A DNA stretch of 64,000 nt from the human T2T-CHM13v2.0 reference genome, Homo sapiens. A program made the translations under genes and the position numbers. The stretch is taken from NCBI RefSeq assembly GCF_009914755.1, contig NC_060929.1; one strand, given 5' to 3'. Shown one piece after another: positions 44,148-57,102 of the stretch (position 1 is its first letter; each line of letters begins with the position of its first letter). The notes under the pieces are model-generated. The model saw only the letters and a program-made list of their open reading frames with translations. It was not told where the DNA came from and did no database searches.

Positions 44148-45080
44148 CTGCTCCAGATACTCCTGTGACCACTGGGGCTACCCCACCCTGGTCCTCCTCT
44201 CCAGACCCACTATCTTTGAAGGTCTTCTTTTCCCAGGGTGAAAGGCCCCTCTTCCAGCACCTTTCTCAGTTGGGTCATAGCCCTCATGGCTGGACAGCCA
44301 CTTCCTCATCGACGCCAACCGGCTTGCCTACAAGTCTGCTGTGCCAGTGGAGGAGCCCCGAAGACCATCCCAGGATGATGCACCCCATAAGAGTACAGCC
44401 TTGCAGGGGCTACAGCCACCCACAGTGCACCTGTGTCTTTGCCAGCCCCCTGCAGCTGCATAGACACCATGCATCACACTCAGACCTCAAACTCTTCATG
44501 TGCGGCACCTTGGGCAAGGATTTCAAGCTCTTCCACCATGCTGCACATCTGTCCTCAGTGCTCACGTGACTTCCAGGCCTCTGCCAAGTTCCAGACCCTG
44601 CCTGCACTGCCCTTCTCCAGGCCACCACATCTATCCCATGCTGTGCCATTCCCACACACGCTCTGTGAGTACTGGCTTTGCGGATATTACTGCCTTATTC
44701 TGGGCCTGAGTTTCTCCATCTGTCCAAAGGCAGAAGCATCACTCCTTTTTCCTCTTTTCCAGTTGTGTCATGAAGACAAAAGGGGTTGCCTTCCCTGAGC
44801 CTGTGGACTGGGTGAATAGGAGTTAAAGCAGGGAACACAGGCCTGTGAGCCAGCTGTGCTTCCCATCCAGCTGTGCTGTGCTAGCTTTTGCAAGTGGCTT
44901 GGTTTCCTGCTCTCCCAAGTGGCGAGCAATTGCTGTCCAGAAGAAAGTGATAACAAAAGAGTATGGCCATGGTCTGGTTCATTTCTGTTTCCTCACCCTT
45001 AGCCCACTACTCCCACCTTTTGCTCAATAAACACTGCATACTCCAAAACAAACAAAAGCAAAACAACAACAACAACAACA
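44148..45080 (+). pseudogene. Degraded processed pseudogene of a C2H2 zinc-finger gene, ZNF580-like
   Basis: GC-rich island whose frames give HFLIDANRLAY, EEPRRPSQDDAP, GYSHPQCTCVFASPLQLHRHHASHSDLKLFMCGTLGKDFK and HICPQCSRDFQ. These are colinear with recalled ZNF580 motifs (HLLIDANGVPY, EEEPRGPPQREAP, GYSCPECARVFASPLRLQSHRVSHSDLKPFTCGACGKAFK, HTCPLCPRRFQ). Frameshifts and stops are present, with AATAAA at 45026-45031 and an A/CAA-rich tail at 45045-45080. Confidence 0.85.
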
Positions 45081-45251
45081 TACACATAAACAATCCTGTT
45101 GGAATATTGGAGGGATGAAGCTGAAACTATGGTTTAAGTGGGGCCTGCTCCTTATGGGTCTTCTATGCTTGAAGATGTTGGGGAATACCTTTATTTCAGA
45201 ACTGTCACCTTCCTACAGGTCTGGAGGTAAGAATAAAGGTACAACTGGGAT

Positions 45252-45408
45252 AGAGTTACCAGATGAATATAGAACATCCACTTAAACTGGAATTTCAGAC
45301 AAATTAAGAATATTATAAAAACATATAAGTGTAAGTATGTCCTGTTGTTATCTGAAATTTCCATTGAATTGGGCATCTGTGTTTTTATTTGCTCAATCTG
45401 GCAACCCT
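45252..45408. mobile_element. MER53 palindromic MITE with internal deletion
   Basis: Termini agagttaccaga...tctggcaaccct with inverted arms (gaatttcagac / atctgaaattt; taagtatgtcc). Confidence 0.8.
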
Positions 45409-46959
45409 AACTTGGGTAATTCATAGGGCTCAGGGCTGGAATTTGAGGGAAATTTGCAAAGTGGAAGGCCTGGTCATCTACTGAGAGGGAGGGGACAGTG
45501 GTGGGGGGACTTGGGATGAGTGAAGAAAATGTAGAAATCTTGTTGGTGCAAATCCAAAGCCTGATGACGATGGTTATTAACATGTTGGGATGCACTATGT
45601 ACAGCAAGTGATTATCTAACAAGGCTAAACAGTTGGTGAACAGCTTTGAGAGGGGTCACAAGGGATAAGCTTTCTACCAACATCTGATTGGCTGTTGATT
45701 CTACTTATTTATCCTAGTGATCGTGTTGGAAAACTAAAGGTCTGGTTCTTTTCATGGTCCTCCTCAGATTTTTTCAAGCTGATGACCTTTTGAAAAAAAC
45801 TGAGAAAACTGCTGTTGAAATAAGCACGAAGAAGAAAAGAGTGATCATCCATTTTTAGATGTGTTTACAGGCTGTATGACTCAGTGTTGCTTCTGCTAAG
45901 AGCACTGAATATGTGGTCTTTTTTGGTACTGAGATGCAAACACAGGAAACTTGTGGTCTATGCTGCTTTCAGTGAATGATAAAACTCTTACTGAAGTAGA
46001 GAGAGTCTAACTGTATGTTCAGAGTGCTTTGCATATGACGTCCTCTCCTCTGTCAGCTTGGCTTTGGCCAGCCTCTTTAGATCCTGTTAGGAATACTTGA
46101 CTTATTCAGTATTCCACATATTCCACCACAGACTTCTTTGGAATGGAGAACACTGGCTGACAAAATAATAAATGTGCTTGATTTATAGGAGTTCAAGTCA
46201 ATCAGATGTTTCTTTGGTGGACCATCCCAAACTGTTCAATCAACAGCACTTATGGCACAGAGTGCTGCTCTTAGGAGCTTTATTTGTAGAGATAAGTGCT
46301 CTGGTTCTCACTGGAACAGACCTAATGGGAGACAATATTCAGTACTATTCTAAAAGGGAAATGAAGAAACAAATGCTTTGTCATGAGAAGGAGCTAACTA
46401 AACACTTCAGTATTTCCTAAAGTATTTTAGCAAGGCAGACTCTGTCTCAATTTGTGTCACAGTCATATCATGAGTCAGAGAATGATTTCATTGATCTGCC
46501 CCACTCTTCAGTCTTTTAATGCCACCATTGATTAGATAACTGAGATTGTTGTGTGGGAGGAATATCATGACAGTAAAAATGAATGTTCTTTTAAAGTGTA
46601 CTTAAAAAACATTGAAGAATTTTTTTGTGTCAAAGAAATTTTTGAATTTATTCACAAAAAAATTATTCACGAATATGAAGAAGTCAGCTTTGATGGACTC
46701 TTCCCATGCTCACCTTGGTGAATGGAAGGTAGCCCTCCTGGTCACGAATGCTTCTGAAATTAACAGGGGCACCTGGGATAGAACAGATGACCAGCACCAA
46801 TTCATGCAAGGTTACTGGTTACCTTACAGGAAGGAATTTGGAGACACCCAGGATTCTATGCAAGGCCCTGGACACTAAGAAAGCAGTCCTTTGGGAAAGG
46901 AATGCCCATGCATGTAGCATAGATACAGCCTGGGACTTTACAACAGGGCACAATTGGGT

Positions 46960-47150
46960 TCACATCACACTTGCTCTGGGGAGTTGCTTACTTATCCTCC
47001 TTGATACTGAATTTTCTTACTTGTAAAATGGGGAAAAAACTATTTAGAATTATTTACTTTATATAATTATTGTAAAGAATAAAAGGAGGTGATGTCTCTA
47101 AAAGGCTTAGCAGGATGCCTGATACATAGAAATTGCTTGATAAATATCAT
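46960..47150 (+). mobile_element. MIR
   Basis: gaattttcttacttgtaaaatgggg...aggcttagcaggatgcctgatacatag. Confidence 0.7.
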
Positions 47151-47339
47151 TTTTGTTTCCCTGAATGAGAGATATGGAAGACATGGGGTGAGTGGTGTGG
47201 GAAAATTAATACTTTCTATTAATGTGTCAGCTTGAAGGTAGAGTTAGTGCTACTGGCTTTTCTGTAATTCGTGGGAGAAACTTGCTGTAACAGTGCCCAG
47301 GGAGAGGTGGGATATATCCCCAAGAGGAAATGTGATTGA

Positions 47340-47790
47340 CTGGTGGTTCGGAGTATAAACTTCAGACAGACTGCTCTGTGTTCTAATACTGGCTCTGACA
47401 CTTTCTGTGTGTTTTTGGGTAAGTTATTTAATCTTTCTGGCCCTGTTTCCCTCTATGTGCAGTAGAAATGATACTTACAGGGTGTGCAATAGACCCCTGG
47501 TTTGCTTGGCTAACCTATTTCCTTCATTCTCTGAGACTTGATTCTCTTTTCTCAAGGAAGAGCTCTTGCAGCCATGCTTGTCTACATGAGCATATTCCTT
47601 TGCTTACAACTGATGAAGGGACCTGGGCGGGGGTGGGGTGGGGATGGCGGCAGGTCACTCGACTTAGGAGGATCCAACCCATTGACTGGGCTAACACAAT
47701 CAGTTTCTCTCTCTTGGAGGAGGACTAAATGACATGGTGAATATAAAGTACTTCACACAGAGCCCACGGTGTAATGATGGTTCAGTAGTT
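47340..47790 (+). mobile_element. MIR split by a ~230-bp GC-richer insert (possibly an old LTR fragment)
   Basis: MIR motifs at 47340-47490 and 47725-47790 flank unrelated sequence. Confidence 0.5.
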
Positions 47791-48925
47791 TTTAAATCAA
47801 AGTAAAAGCCATTTCCTGGCATCTACTCTTCCACTTTCAAAATGTCTCTCTACAGTAACTGTAATTTGGATAGTTGGTACAAGCCTAATAGGCAATGCCG
47901 GTGAGAATTTTTCCCAGGTTTTGAAGTGACAGCTCAAACCAACAGAAGGATGACATTCCTATCTTTATATCCCTTTCATGCCAGGGACATTTCTGAATGA
48001 AGCATGTCTTAAATGGTTTTCTCTGGAAAAGCCTAACAACTCTAATGCTAGAAATTTTAATGTCATGGTCCCAGTCTAGGTATATTCAGACCTAAGATTG
48101 CTTATTTTTAACAAGTCCAACTAGGAAACAGCAGAGGTGAAATACCATTTTTAACCACGCCTCTTTCGCATGGGCACCCTCTGAGTCTACAGTTTTAACC
48201 TCAGGAATGGCTCTTTACTTATTCTGTCCTTAACAGGTTCAGCTCATTAAATGCTGCAAAACTTATTCAGCAAGGATTACATCTGATTTTGCTCATTAAA
48301 CTAGAATAGGCACCATGGTGGGGAAAAAGGTATAGGGGTTCAATGCCTGTAATCTTAAAGGTCTCCAAGAAAGGAAAGACTCCTTAAACAATAAACACAC
48401 AAAGAAACACTTTCCTGTTTGGTATTAATCTCAACTATTAGCCAATACATTGAAGACAGAATTTTACCCATCTATGCATTTTTCATCTTTCACAGTGTTT
48501 CTTTTCTTTTCTTCTTCAACTTCGTATGTCACGGAAATTTTGTTTCCTTTTCTTTCTTTGCTATACAGACCTGAAGGTCATTTTGATTTTTCGTTTATAG
48601 TTTTCACCCTAATTAAATTTTTGGCAGCTGAATGTACAGATTTTTGTTTTGTTTTGGTTTGATTTTTGGTGGCAGAAAATTCTTTCTCTTTCTCTGTCTC
48701 TCTTTCCTAAAACAGAAAGTTTCCTGGTTTGGAATCAGCCAATGGTGTGATTAATGCACCTCGGAGATCCTGTAAAGTTTTCACACATGCTGAAAGATTC
48801 TGTGGTGTCTCTGGGATATCAATATGGACTTACAGGAAAATACCATACTTCCAGTGCTATGCGCTATGCAGGAGAGTCAATGCATCGCAGCATGGCAACC
48901 CCTACAAACACTTTCCCTAAATTCG

Positions 48926-49040
48926 TATATATGTGTGTGTGTGTGTGTATCCACATACACACACACACACACATATATATAATATATATAATATATATAA
49001 TATATATTATATATGTAATATATATTATATATATATGTAT
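48926..49040. repeat. Compound microsatellite (TG)8-(CA)8 inverted repeat followed by an AT-rich tract
   Basis: Read directly from the sequence. Confidence 0.95.
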
Positions 49041-51377
49041 TCTGTAACCAGCAAAGTATAATCCAGGTTTCTTTTCAAAAGGAGCAACCGGTTCAAATGC
49101 ACAGCTGGATATGCCAGCAAACACATAATTAGACAAATTGGATTTAAGAGTTACGTAAGGTCTTAACTGAGCCAGTGAATAAGAAGCTGAATGAAACGTT
49201 GTGATTGCTGCTCTGGTGCCTAGAAAGAACAGAATATGTGGATCTGTGTGTTTTGGGCAAATAAAAGGCAATTACTGGGAGTTATGGAGTGTAGTTGGCA
49301 TTCCATGAGAGTTAGACTATAGAATGTTTCACAGTGGGTTGTGCTGGGGAAGAAAAATGTCCATGGCTAAAAGAGGAGCGTGTTAGAGGAGATGTACTAA
49401 AAGGAAAAGATTTGGTAAATACTATTTTGAAGCTATATTTTGCAAAAATTATATGATATGCAATTTTTCAATAGGCTATAAAATGTCTTGGATAATTTTA
49501 AGTACAAAAGGATACATTATATATTATTTTTCTTCCAAAAGCGGATGTTTCCAACCAAGCCAGGTATATTCTGGAGAAGATAACAAGCAAAGTCTACAGT
49601 TTCAGAATTTTTCACTAAGAATACCAAAACCAGTGACTAAATATTGAAGATAAGCCCCCCCTCATAGAATTAAGAAGGTAAAACTAAATTACCAGTTTTT
49701 CCTATTTGCAAATAATCTTATTTGCAAATTTGTCTCAAGGCAACTGAATGAAAAGTAGATATTCTTCTCTCTCTAAAATCGCCATGAAGTAAATGGGACA
49801 AAAAAGCAATTGTCTGAAAGAGTCCTATTTTCTTCCAGAAAACATCCTGAATTAATTGATGAAAGTACCTATTAGTCCCCATGACACCAACGCTTATAGC
49901 ATTTAGGGCTTGTCTCTTAGTGTGCAATTTAAATATATATCCATAAAATCCTTGCCAATAATACTAATAACGTCTTGTCTATTGGTGCTGCCTAACCATT
50001 AAAATCTCTATTAGCAATCTCATGTTTGGTTTGATATACATTACAAAGAAGGTTTTGAACATGTCTAATTTCCAAAGCAGGTACTACAGATGGTGGCAAA
50101 TACAAAGATGAACAGAGTTCCTTCCCTCACATTTATAATCTAGTAAGAGAGACAGAAATATAATAGAGAAATATGGTGCATTGTTGGCAACTTTGTCACA
50201 TACTAAAGGAAATTATTTTGAAGAATTTTATATTTTGCTTACATGGCTATTTGAAGTGTATTTTGCTTGTATTTTAATGAACGGGAAGTTCTTTTACATT
50301 GAAGGTATGTATGCAACCATTATGATGGTTACTATTAAGTATTATATTCTACTTTTAAGCTGATGATCAAATAATTCTGCATCATTATGGGCACAGTAGT
50401 AGGCAAAAAATCGATTTGTGATCTATTATAATCTACAGATCATAAATCAAATAGAGATCCTTGATGGTAAAAAAAAAAAACATAGTAATCTGCTGAGGAC
50501 AAGTAGATTCTCATGTTTGCCAACCTTTAAATTCTTCTCAACAGCTGTCTATTGAGTTACCAAATTGCAAATGTCATATTTGGAGAGGACACTCCCCTCA
50601 TTTATTTACATGTGGGAAAGCTTTTTGAAGTTGCTTGCTAGGGTCATAGTGATAGACAATCCAAGGGGAACAAAGCTTGGCAGAACATATGTGATTATAG
50701 TGTGGGCAGCTCCTGCTTCTTAGTCTAAAACTCTTCCAGAAAGAGAAGGTTGTCTCATACAATCTGCTTTCAAAAATGCCAGAGGACAGGTAGATTTAGT
50801 ATAACTTTCCCTAGGTTAAATGAAAGCTCCTCATCCTTAAGCTGATATCTCAATACACCCCTGACACAGAGAAGGATATTTACTGTTGTCCAGCGAACCT
50901 TCATTGAACTAAGGTACTTTATATACATTTCCAGGTCAACAACCATCAATCCTTCATTCTTCCAATGACCGAGCACAAAGAATCTATCTGTCTTAAGTAA
51001 AATACATTCACTTAGTTTGATCATTAGTAATTTTGTGACATTGTATCTTAAATCAGGATTCATTAAGATATAACAAATAAGAAGAATAAAGCAATTATTT
51101 GAAGTAGCACCCATTTATGATTGAAAATCATAGCTCATTCTTTGATGTTGCTCCCTGTTTTAGTTTCTACCAGGAGGAGTAATGTTAGAAATAAGTGAAT
51201 ACTCTCTATTGTGTTAGGACCAAAGAGTTGTTAGTTTTGACCTGATAAAACTTTCCTCTAAACTTGAGTATTTATAGACAGAATTCCTGGTTTGTAAAGC
51301 CAAATTCAATGTTGATCTTGTCAGAGGGACTCAGAATAAGAACAAAAACACATACAAGTAAGAGAGTAGAGACTTAC

Positions 51378-51497
51378 TGTATCACGTTGCCTGTTATCTT
51401 TCCCTGATATTATCAAGAAGTAGTTCCATGTCAATAGTAACAACAAAACCAGTGGTATCATGTAGAGCTCAAAGTTCCAGACAACAAAGAGAAAGAG
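51378..51497 (-). CDS. MCTP1: MCTP1 internal coding exon (120 nt, phase 0/0), hydrophobic membrane segment LFLFVVWNFELYMIPLVLLLLLTWNYFLIISGKDNRQRDT
   Basis: Minus strand has a pyrimidine tract ending ctatctcctccag|CTC, 40 open codons, and donor ACA|gtaagt. The peptide matches my recollection of the MCTP1 C-terminal membrane region and joins in frame to the 31478-31531 exon. Confidence 0.96.
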
Positions 51498-52239
51498 CTG
51501 GAGGAGATAGAAGAGAGAAGAAGGGATGAGTCAACACTGAATTTCATTAAATGGACTCTTATTTATACTCTACTTCAAAAACACAAAACCAAATGCTTCA
51601 GAACAGGAAGATTTATCTTGAAAACAAAGCCTTGGAAACTTTTAGACATTTTTCTAAAAATATAACTGACCCGTGAAAAGTCACTGGTAAGATTTTCAAT
51701 CTGTTTAATTTCTATGAAGGAAAAGTTGATATCATTACGTTGTCAAAGACGAAATTTGAGTTTTTCTCCTCCAGTGAAATTATTGTTAAGTTGAACAAAA
51801 TTTTTAAAAAGCAGCAAAATGAACTCCGCTACACTGTCAGAAATACCCTGGTTTATCTGCCTTAATGATAAAAAATGAATCACTATTTAATATCAGGGAC
51901 TTTTAAAAAATCTCGCTTGGATAATACAATGTAACAAGCTTAATAGGCAGATGAAAATACCAGGTCTACACAAGACAGCCCCAAAGATTTCACAATATGA
52001 AAAAAAGCACTGCTACGGACAAGTGTACAAAATGGTTGGCTTAATATTCAGCATTACCATAGAAATCAAAGAGCTATTACAAGCAAATTTTGTCAAAACA
52101 AATTTTAAAATGCCTATTTGTATTGTTCTTTTTTAACATACCTACTTCTCCAAGTATATAAACTTTTTCATTGTAAGACAAATGTTAGATTAAGAACTCA
52201 GGGTGGTAGATGGAGTCATTCTAAGAACACTTACATTAT

Positions 52240-52560
52240 AAAACAACACAAAGTTGGATATAAAGTATGACTCACCCCCACCCGACACCAGCCTTGTAAT
52301 CCTGGACAGATCATTTAAATTCTCTGGGTCTATGGCTTTTGCTGTCAAATTAAGGTAATGTTAAGTCAGGAGGCATTTAACAACTAGATTCCACTCCTGA
52401 CTCTAATGCTAACTAGCCATATAACTTTCAAGCAACGTATATATCCCCTCTTTCGTTTCTTCCCCAGTAAAATGGGGATGATAGGATTATCCACCTCAGG
52501 GTTGTGAGAATTAAACACAATGCTTGGTGTGCAGTAATTTCGCAAAAACCAAAACCCAAA
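52240..52560 (+). mobile_element. Two adjacent MIR fragments
   Basis: cctggacagatcatttaaattctctggg and gtttcttccccagtaaaatggggatgata...gggttgtgagaattaaa. Confidence 0.65.
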
Positions 52561-53514
52561 CCATTATTGTGTAAATGTTATTAATACATTACAAAACACA
52601 GAAAGTCAACTAATTATTGATTAAGGTCCTCAAGTAATACAGATTATAATACTGGAAGCTAGAAAGCCCTCTGCCTGCTAAGATTTAGCTGAACCATAGC
52701 GTAACTGGGAGTTTCAGCCAGCTGGTTGGAATAACACAAACATCTTGCATTTGATAGGTCAGGAGAGTTAGGGGCAGTGCCCTAAGGACACCCGTCTCAG
52801 GCACAGCAGCATGGGACATTTGCAGTCTTCTTAATAAATCTCAGTGAAGCCTACAGCCTATTTAAATGGCAGAGAAAATTAAACAGTATGAAATGGTAGA
52901 GAGACTCCTGGCCTCAGGGCCAGGAGACCAAGGTTCTGAGTTTTAGAAAGTCCCTCTGCCTTAGTGTTCTCATATCTTGACAGAGGTCTATAAATCTAAT
53001 CATCTTTAATATTTCTCTAATATTTAAAATGACTTCATGACATTACTGTACCATCCGTTTTTTCAATGTGACATTAAATTTTGAAAATTGTATATTTTAC
53101 CGAATTCTTTTATATTCATAACCAAGTGGGCACCAAAAAGCATAAATAATAGTTAAATAAGCCAAGAAATGATTTTGGACAGAATTACATAGTAACTATA
53201 GATTCAAGTTCCTGCATAAGAAAAGTTCCAAATATTGTAATACATGAAACATGAGCCATATCTTTTATTTTATGAGAAAAGTAGGAAGATTTCCAGAAAA
53301 AGAAAAATATTTTCATTTAATTTTTGAAATTTATACAATTATACAAAGATGATATAAATAATTGATGGTTATGATTATTAAAATATATTTTATAAAGATA
53401 ATTATTTTTTTAGGAAGTGAATTAAGGTAAATGTGACAGACATCAATACATGTAAAAGGGAAAATCATTTTTGGCTAAAGTCCATATTCTTTATATATTT
53501 ATTTGTAGCATTTA

Positions 53515-53650
53515 GGCAGTCACTAGAATATAAGCTCCTTTAAAGGTAGACTTTTTGTTTTCATTCACTGTTTTATCCGTAGAGCCTGGAACAGTACTTG
53601 GGGCATAGCAAGTGCTCAATAAGTAAATATTTACTGAATTAATGGATAAA
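53515..53650 (+). mobile_element. L2 3' end
   Basis: cactagaatataagctcc...gagcctggaacagtacttggggcatagcaagtgctcaataa...tgaattaatggataaatg. Confidence 0.8.
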
Positions 53651-55749
53651 TGGACACTGGGTTCCCCAATCATTCTACAGAATTCTATTTAATTATTTGT
53701 ATTAGCAAAAGTTCTATAGATCTACTATATAAAACCAAGTGACTTCAAGAAAATGCATTCAGAGTTACAATCTGGGATACTACTAACAAATTTCTCCCTC
53801 TGACAAAAAAGTCTACCTTAGTACTTCTTCTAGACAAGATTTTCTTTCCATTTGGCTATGCAGTCATGAACTATTTTGGATATTATGGTCTTTTCTCTTG
53901 GACCTTCCTTTATGTTCCTTTTCTGAGGGCATTCATTTGACTTAGTGTGTTCTGGCGTCATGGATGGGACTCAGATTATCCCATTGCTAAATATGACCAA
54001 TTGTAATCTTTTTAACCTATTAAGCAGATACGTTTTCCCTTGTAATGTCCATTCATTGGTGTTAGGGTCCTCGTCTTATTCAGAATGAATTTCCTTGTAA
54101 TGTCCATGGATTGGTGTTAGCTGCAGGCCTGTCATCCACAGAAAAAACTACCTAGGTGACAATCCTGCAAGCAATCAAGACATCTTTCATGCATTCTTCT
54201 TCTCTAGATTTGACATCACCACTTGCTTCAAGCATCAGTTACAGATTATGGTTTCTAGGCACTTCCCCATTGTAGTCATCTTCCTCTTACCATATCCAAA
54301 TCAATACATCAATAACTTTCTTAAAATATAGCACTCAGAACTGACACACACTTCTCATAAATGCCTAAGGTATTTTTATATGTCCTAATAACATGGGCAC
54401 CAGAACATGGATTGGAGAAAGACACAGAAGACAGAGACACAGAAAGAAATTACATTCATTTTAGGAATTCTGGCAATAGAAAAACCATCTCCTTTTCTAT
54501 TGTGGTTTTAAGAATCTAATATTTGGGTAATTGAGTGAGGAGCTCCTACTATTGAAAAAATATATATTTTTAAAACATGAGAGCTTTGAATAAGTTGTAA
54601 ATACAAAAGCATTTATTTTTCTTTTTCAGCACCTAAATGAAGATTTCAAAAGGTTAAAGAACATGAACACAGATTAACAATAAAAATGTATTTATTGAAC
54701 ATATATGTTATGAAATATTAGATGTTTGAAAGTAGAACAGCCAATCATTTATTCAATATAATATTAGTGATAATTCTAATTCCTGTTAGCTGGTGAGGCT
54801 CCTCTAATAAAGAGAGCTCTCGAAGGAAGAAAGGAGCTTTTTAGCTCATTCACTCCACACTAAAGCCTCTTCTCTCCTCTCTCTTTGGAAAGAGATCAGT
54901 CTTCTCCTCTTTCCTATAAAAAACTGAGATAACACAAAAGGTCTGGCCTTTAGTGTCCTACTAGGGTAGTAAGAGAAATAAGGCAGCTGGAAGAAACCCA
55001 AGGAGGGCCAAGACAATGAAGGATCTGTCCTTGGTCCCGATTATACATTTTCAGAGGTATTGGGGGAAACGAGAGATACAATAATGCATTAAAATGGGAT
55101 GGAAAAAGAAATCAAGAAACAATTTTAAAAATCTCTAATGTATTCACAGAATACAAAAATAAACCATAAAATGTCTAGCATTTGTCCAGATCTGCATTTC
55201 TGGAATTGCTTTTTGCCTCTGTGGGTCATGGAAAGAGGACCTGCAGATTTTAGAATTTTTTGATGTTACAGTGCGGTGATAAGGACACTCACAAATGTCT
55301 ACAGAGTGTTAAATTCCTTCACCTCCTTCACTATAGCACCCTTTCTGTATTTTTTCCTCTCTCTCTGTCACATAATCTCTTCACGTCTCCCCCATCTCTC
55401 CTTTTAATAAGGAAACAGGCTGTCTACATTTTACTCTCATGGAATACATGCCCAATTCCAAACAAAACATCTACCCCTATGTTAGTTATCCATGTTCATT
55501 AGAGACTAGAACTATTCCAAGAATTTGGTGGCTTTCTTTTTTAATCATTATATGGCTGTTGTAATTTACAATTAGAATTCAATACCAGAAAATCTTCAGG
55601 GGGCATTAGTCAAATGGTAATAAGTACACACAACCCCTTTCATTAGAAAAAGAACACTGAGAGTTTTACTCATTATCCTGCATGTTAGAAGCTCTCTATC
55701 AACTGGCTTTGGGCCGTTAGCCATGACTGTGGGATCCCTCAAGAAGCTG

Positions 55750-55960
55750 CTGCAGTGTGGTACAGTAGAAAGAGAACGGTGTTTGAATCAGGCCTAGAGG
55801 CATCCAAGCTCTCTAGTCACCAGCTTTGGGACCTTGGGCAAGTTACTAGATTTCTCTTAGTTTTGTCGTCTGAAAAGTGAAAATGATACTATTTACTTGG
55901 CAGATTTGAGAAGCAATTAAGCCGATGCTTGACATCTATAAGATGCTCAACAAGCATTAG
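55750..55960 (+). mobile_element. MIR
   Basis: gcagtgtggtacagtagaaagaga...gaccttgggcaagttactagatttctct. Confidence 0.75.
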
Positions 55961-56164
55961 GTGTTCTGACAAGCAGGAATTGATTGGCTTACACTACATA
56001 TAATTTTTTTTGGCCCTTCTAGCAGCTTATCACTTTTTGTATACTACCTTAGAATCCATAGCTAATGATTGTTTCAAGTATAAGAGCTATGCTAAAGAAG
56101 CCATGCCAACTAAATAGAAAGAGATGATGAAATGAGTGCCACTTTCAGTTTTTCATATTTAATT

Positions 56165-56535
56165 TGTGGTGACTGAGTACAGTGATGACCCCGATTTTTC
56201 CATGTCTCCCTGTATCCATGACTTTTATAATAGCCTCCCACAATGACTGAGATTAGGCACATAACTTATTTTGGTCAAGGATAGAGTAGCAAATATGATG
56301 AAAACAGAGGCTTAAAAAAACATGGGGCATAGCTGCCTCCATCACCCCAGTTGAAAGCCAGACAGCATCCAAAGCAAAGCCACCTAACAGACCAAGAAGC
56401 CAACCAAAGATGCAAGAGTGAGCCCAGAGCTAGGCCTAGTCCAAACTGCTAACAAAATCATCACTAAATAAATGATAGTTGCTTTAAGCTACTAATTGTG
56501 GAGTGGTTTGTTATACAGCAAAAGCTCACTAATAC
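56165..56535 (+). mobile_element. MLT1 LTR fragment
   Basis: tgtggtgactgagtac...gttgctttaagctactaattgtggagtggtttgttatacagcaaaagctcactaataca. Confidence 0.7.
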
Positions 56536-56800
56536 ATATTATTCTCTCTCCAAGGAGACAATGTGGTAGGGTAAAATACAGTTTCGACTAGAAGCCCAAA
56601 GAAGTGATTTCAGTTCAATTTCTGCTATTTGATCATCATAGGACCCTGTGCAAGTCAATTATTCTCTTTTCCTTTAGTCTCTTACCTATAAAATGGAGAT
56701 GGTTACACCAGCCCATTTCACAAGTTGGCTATGGAAAAGCAAGTGATACATGTGAAGATGCTTCATCACAAAGTACTATATTATTAATGTAATGCTTTTC

Positions 56801-57102
<302 letters not shown>

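Noticed and set aside
44165-44798. 134-aa and 121-aa ORFs as a functional zinc-finger gene
   Set aside because: Homology switches frame repeatedly, the start is decayed and several Zn-binding cysteines are lost; a pseudogene is the better call.
48754-49271. 97-aa and 135-aa ORFs
   Set aside because: Open only because they cross TG/CA/TA microsatellites (IYIIY, HTHT, CVCV runs).
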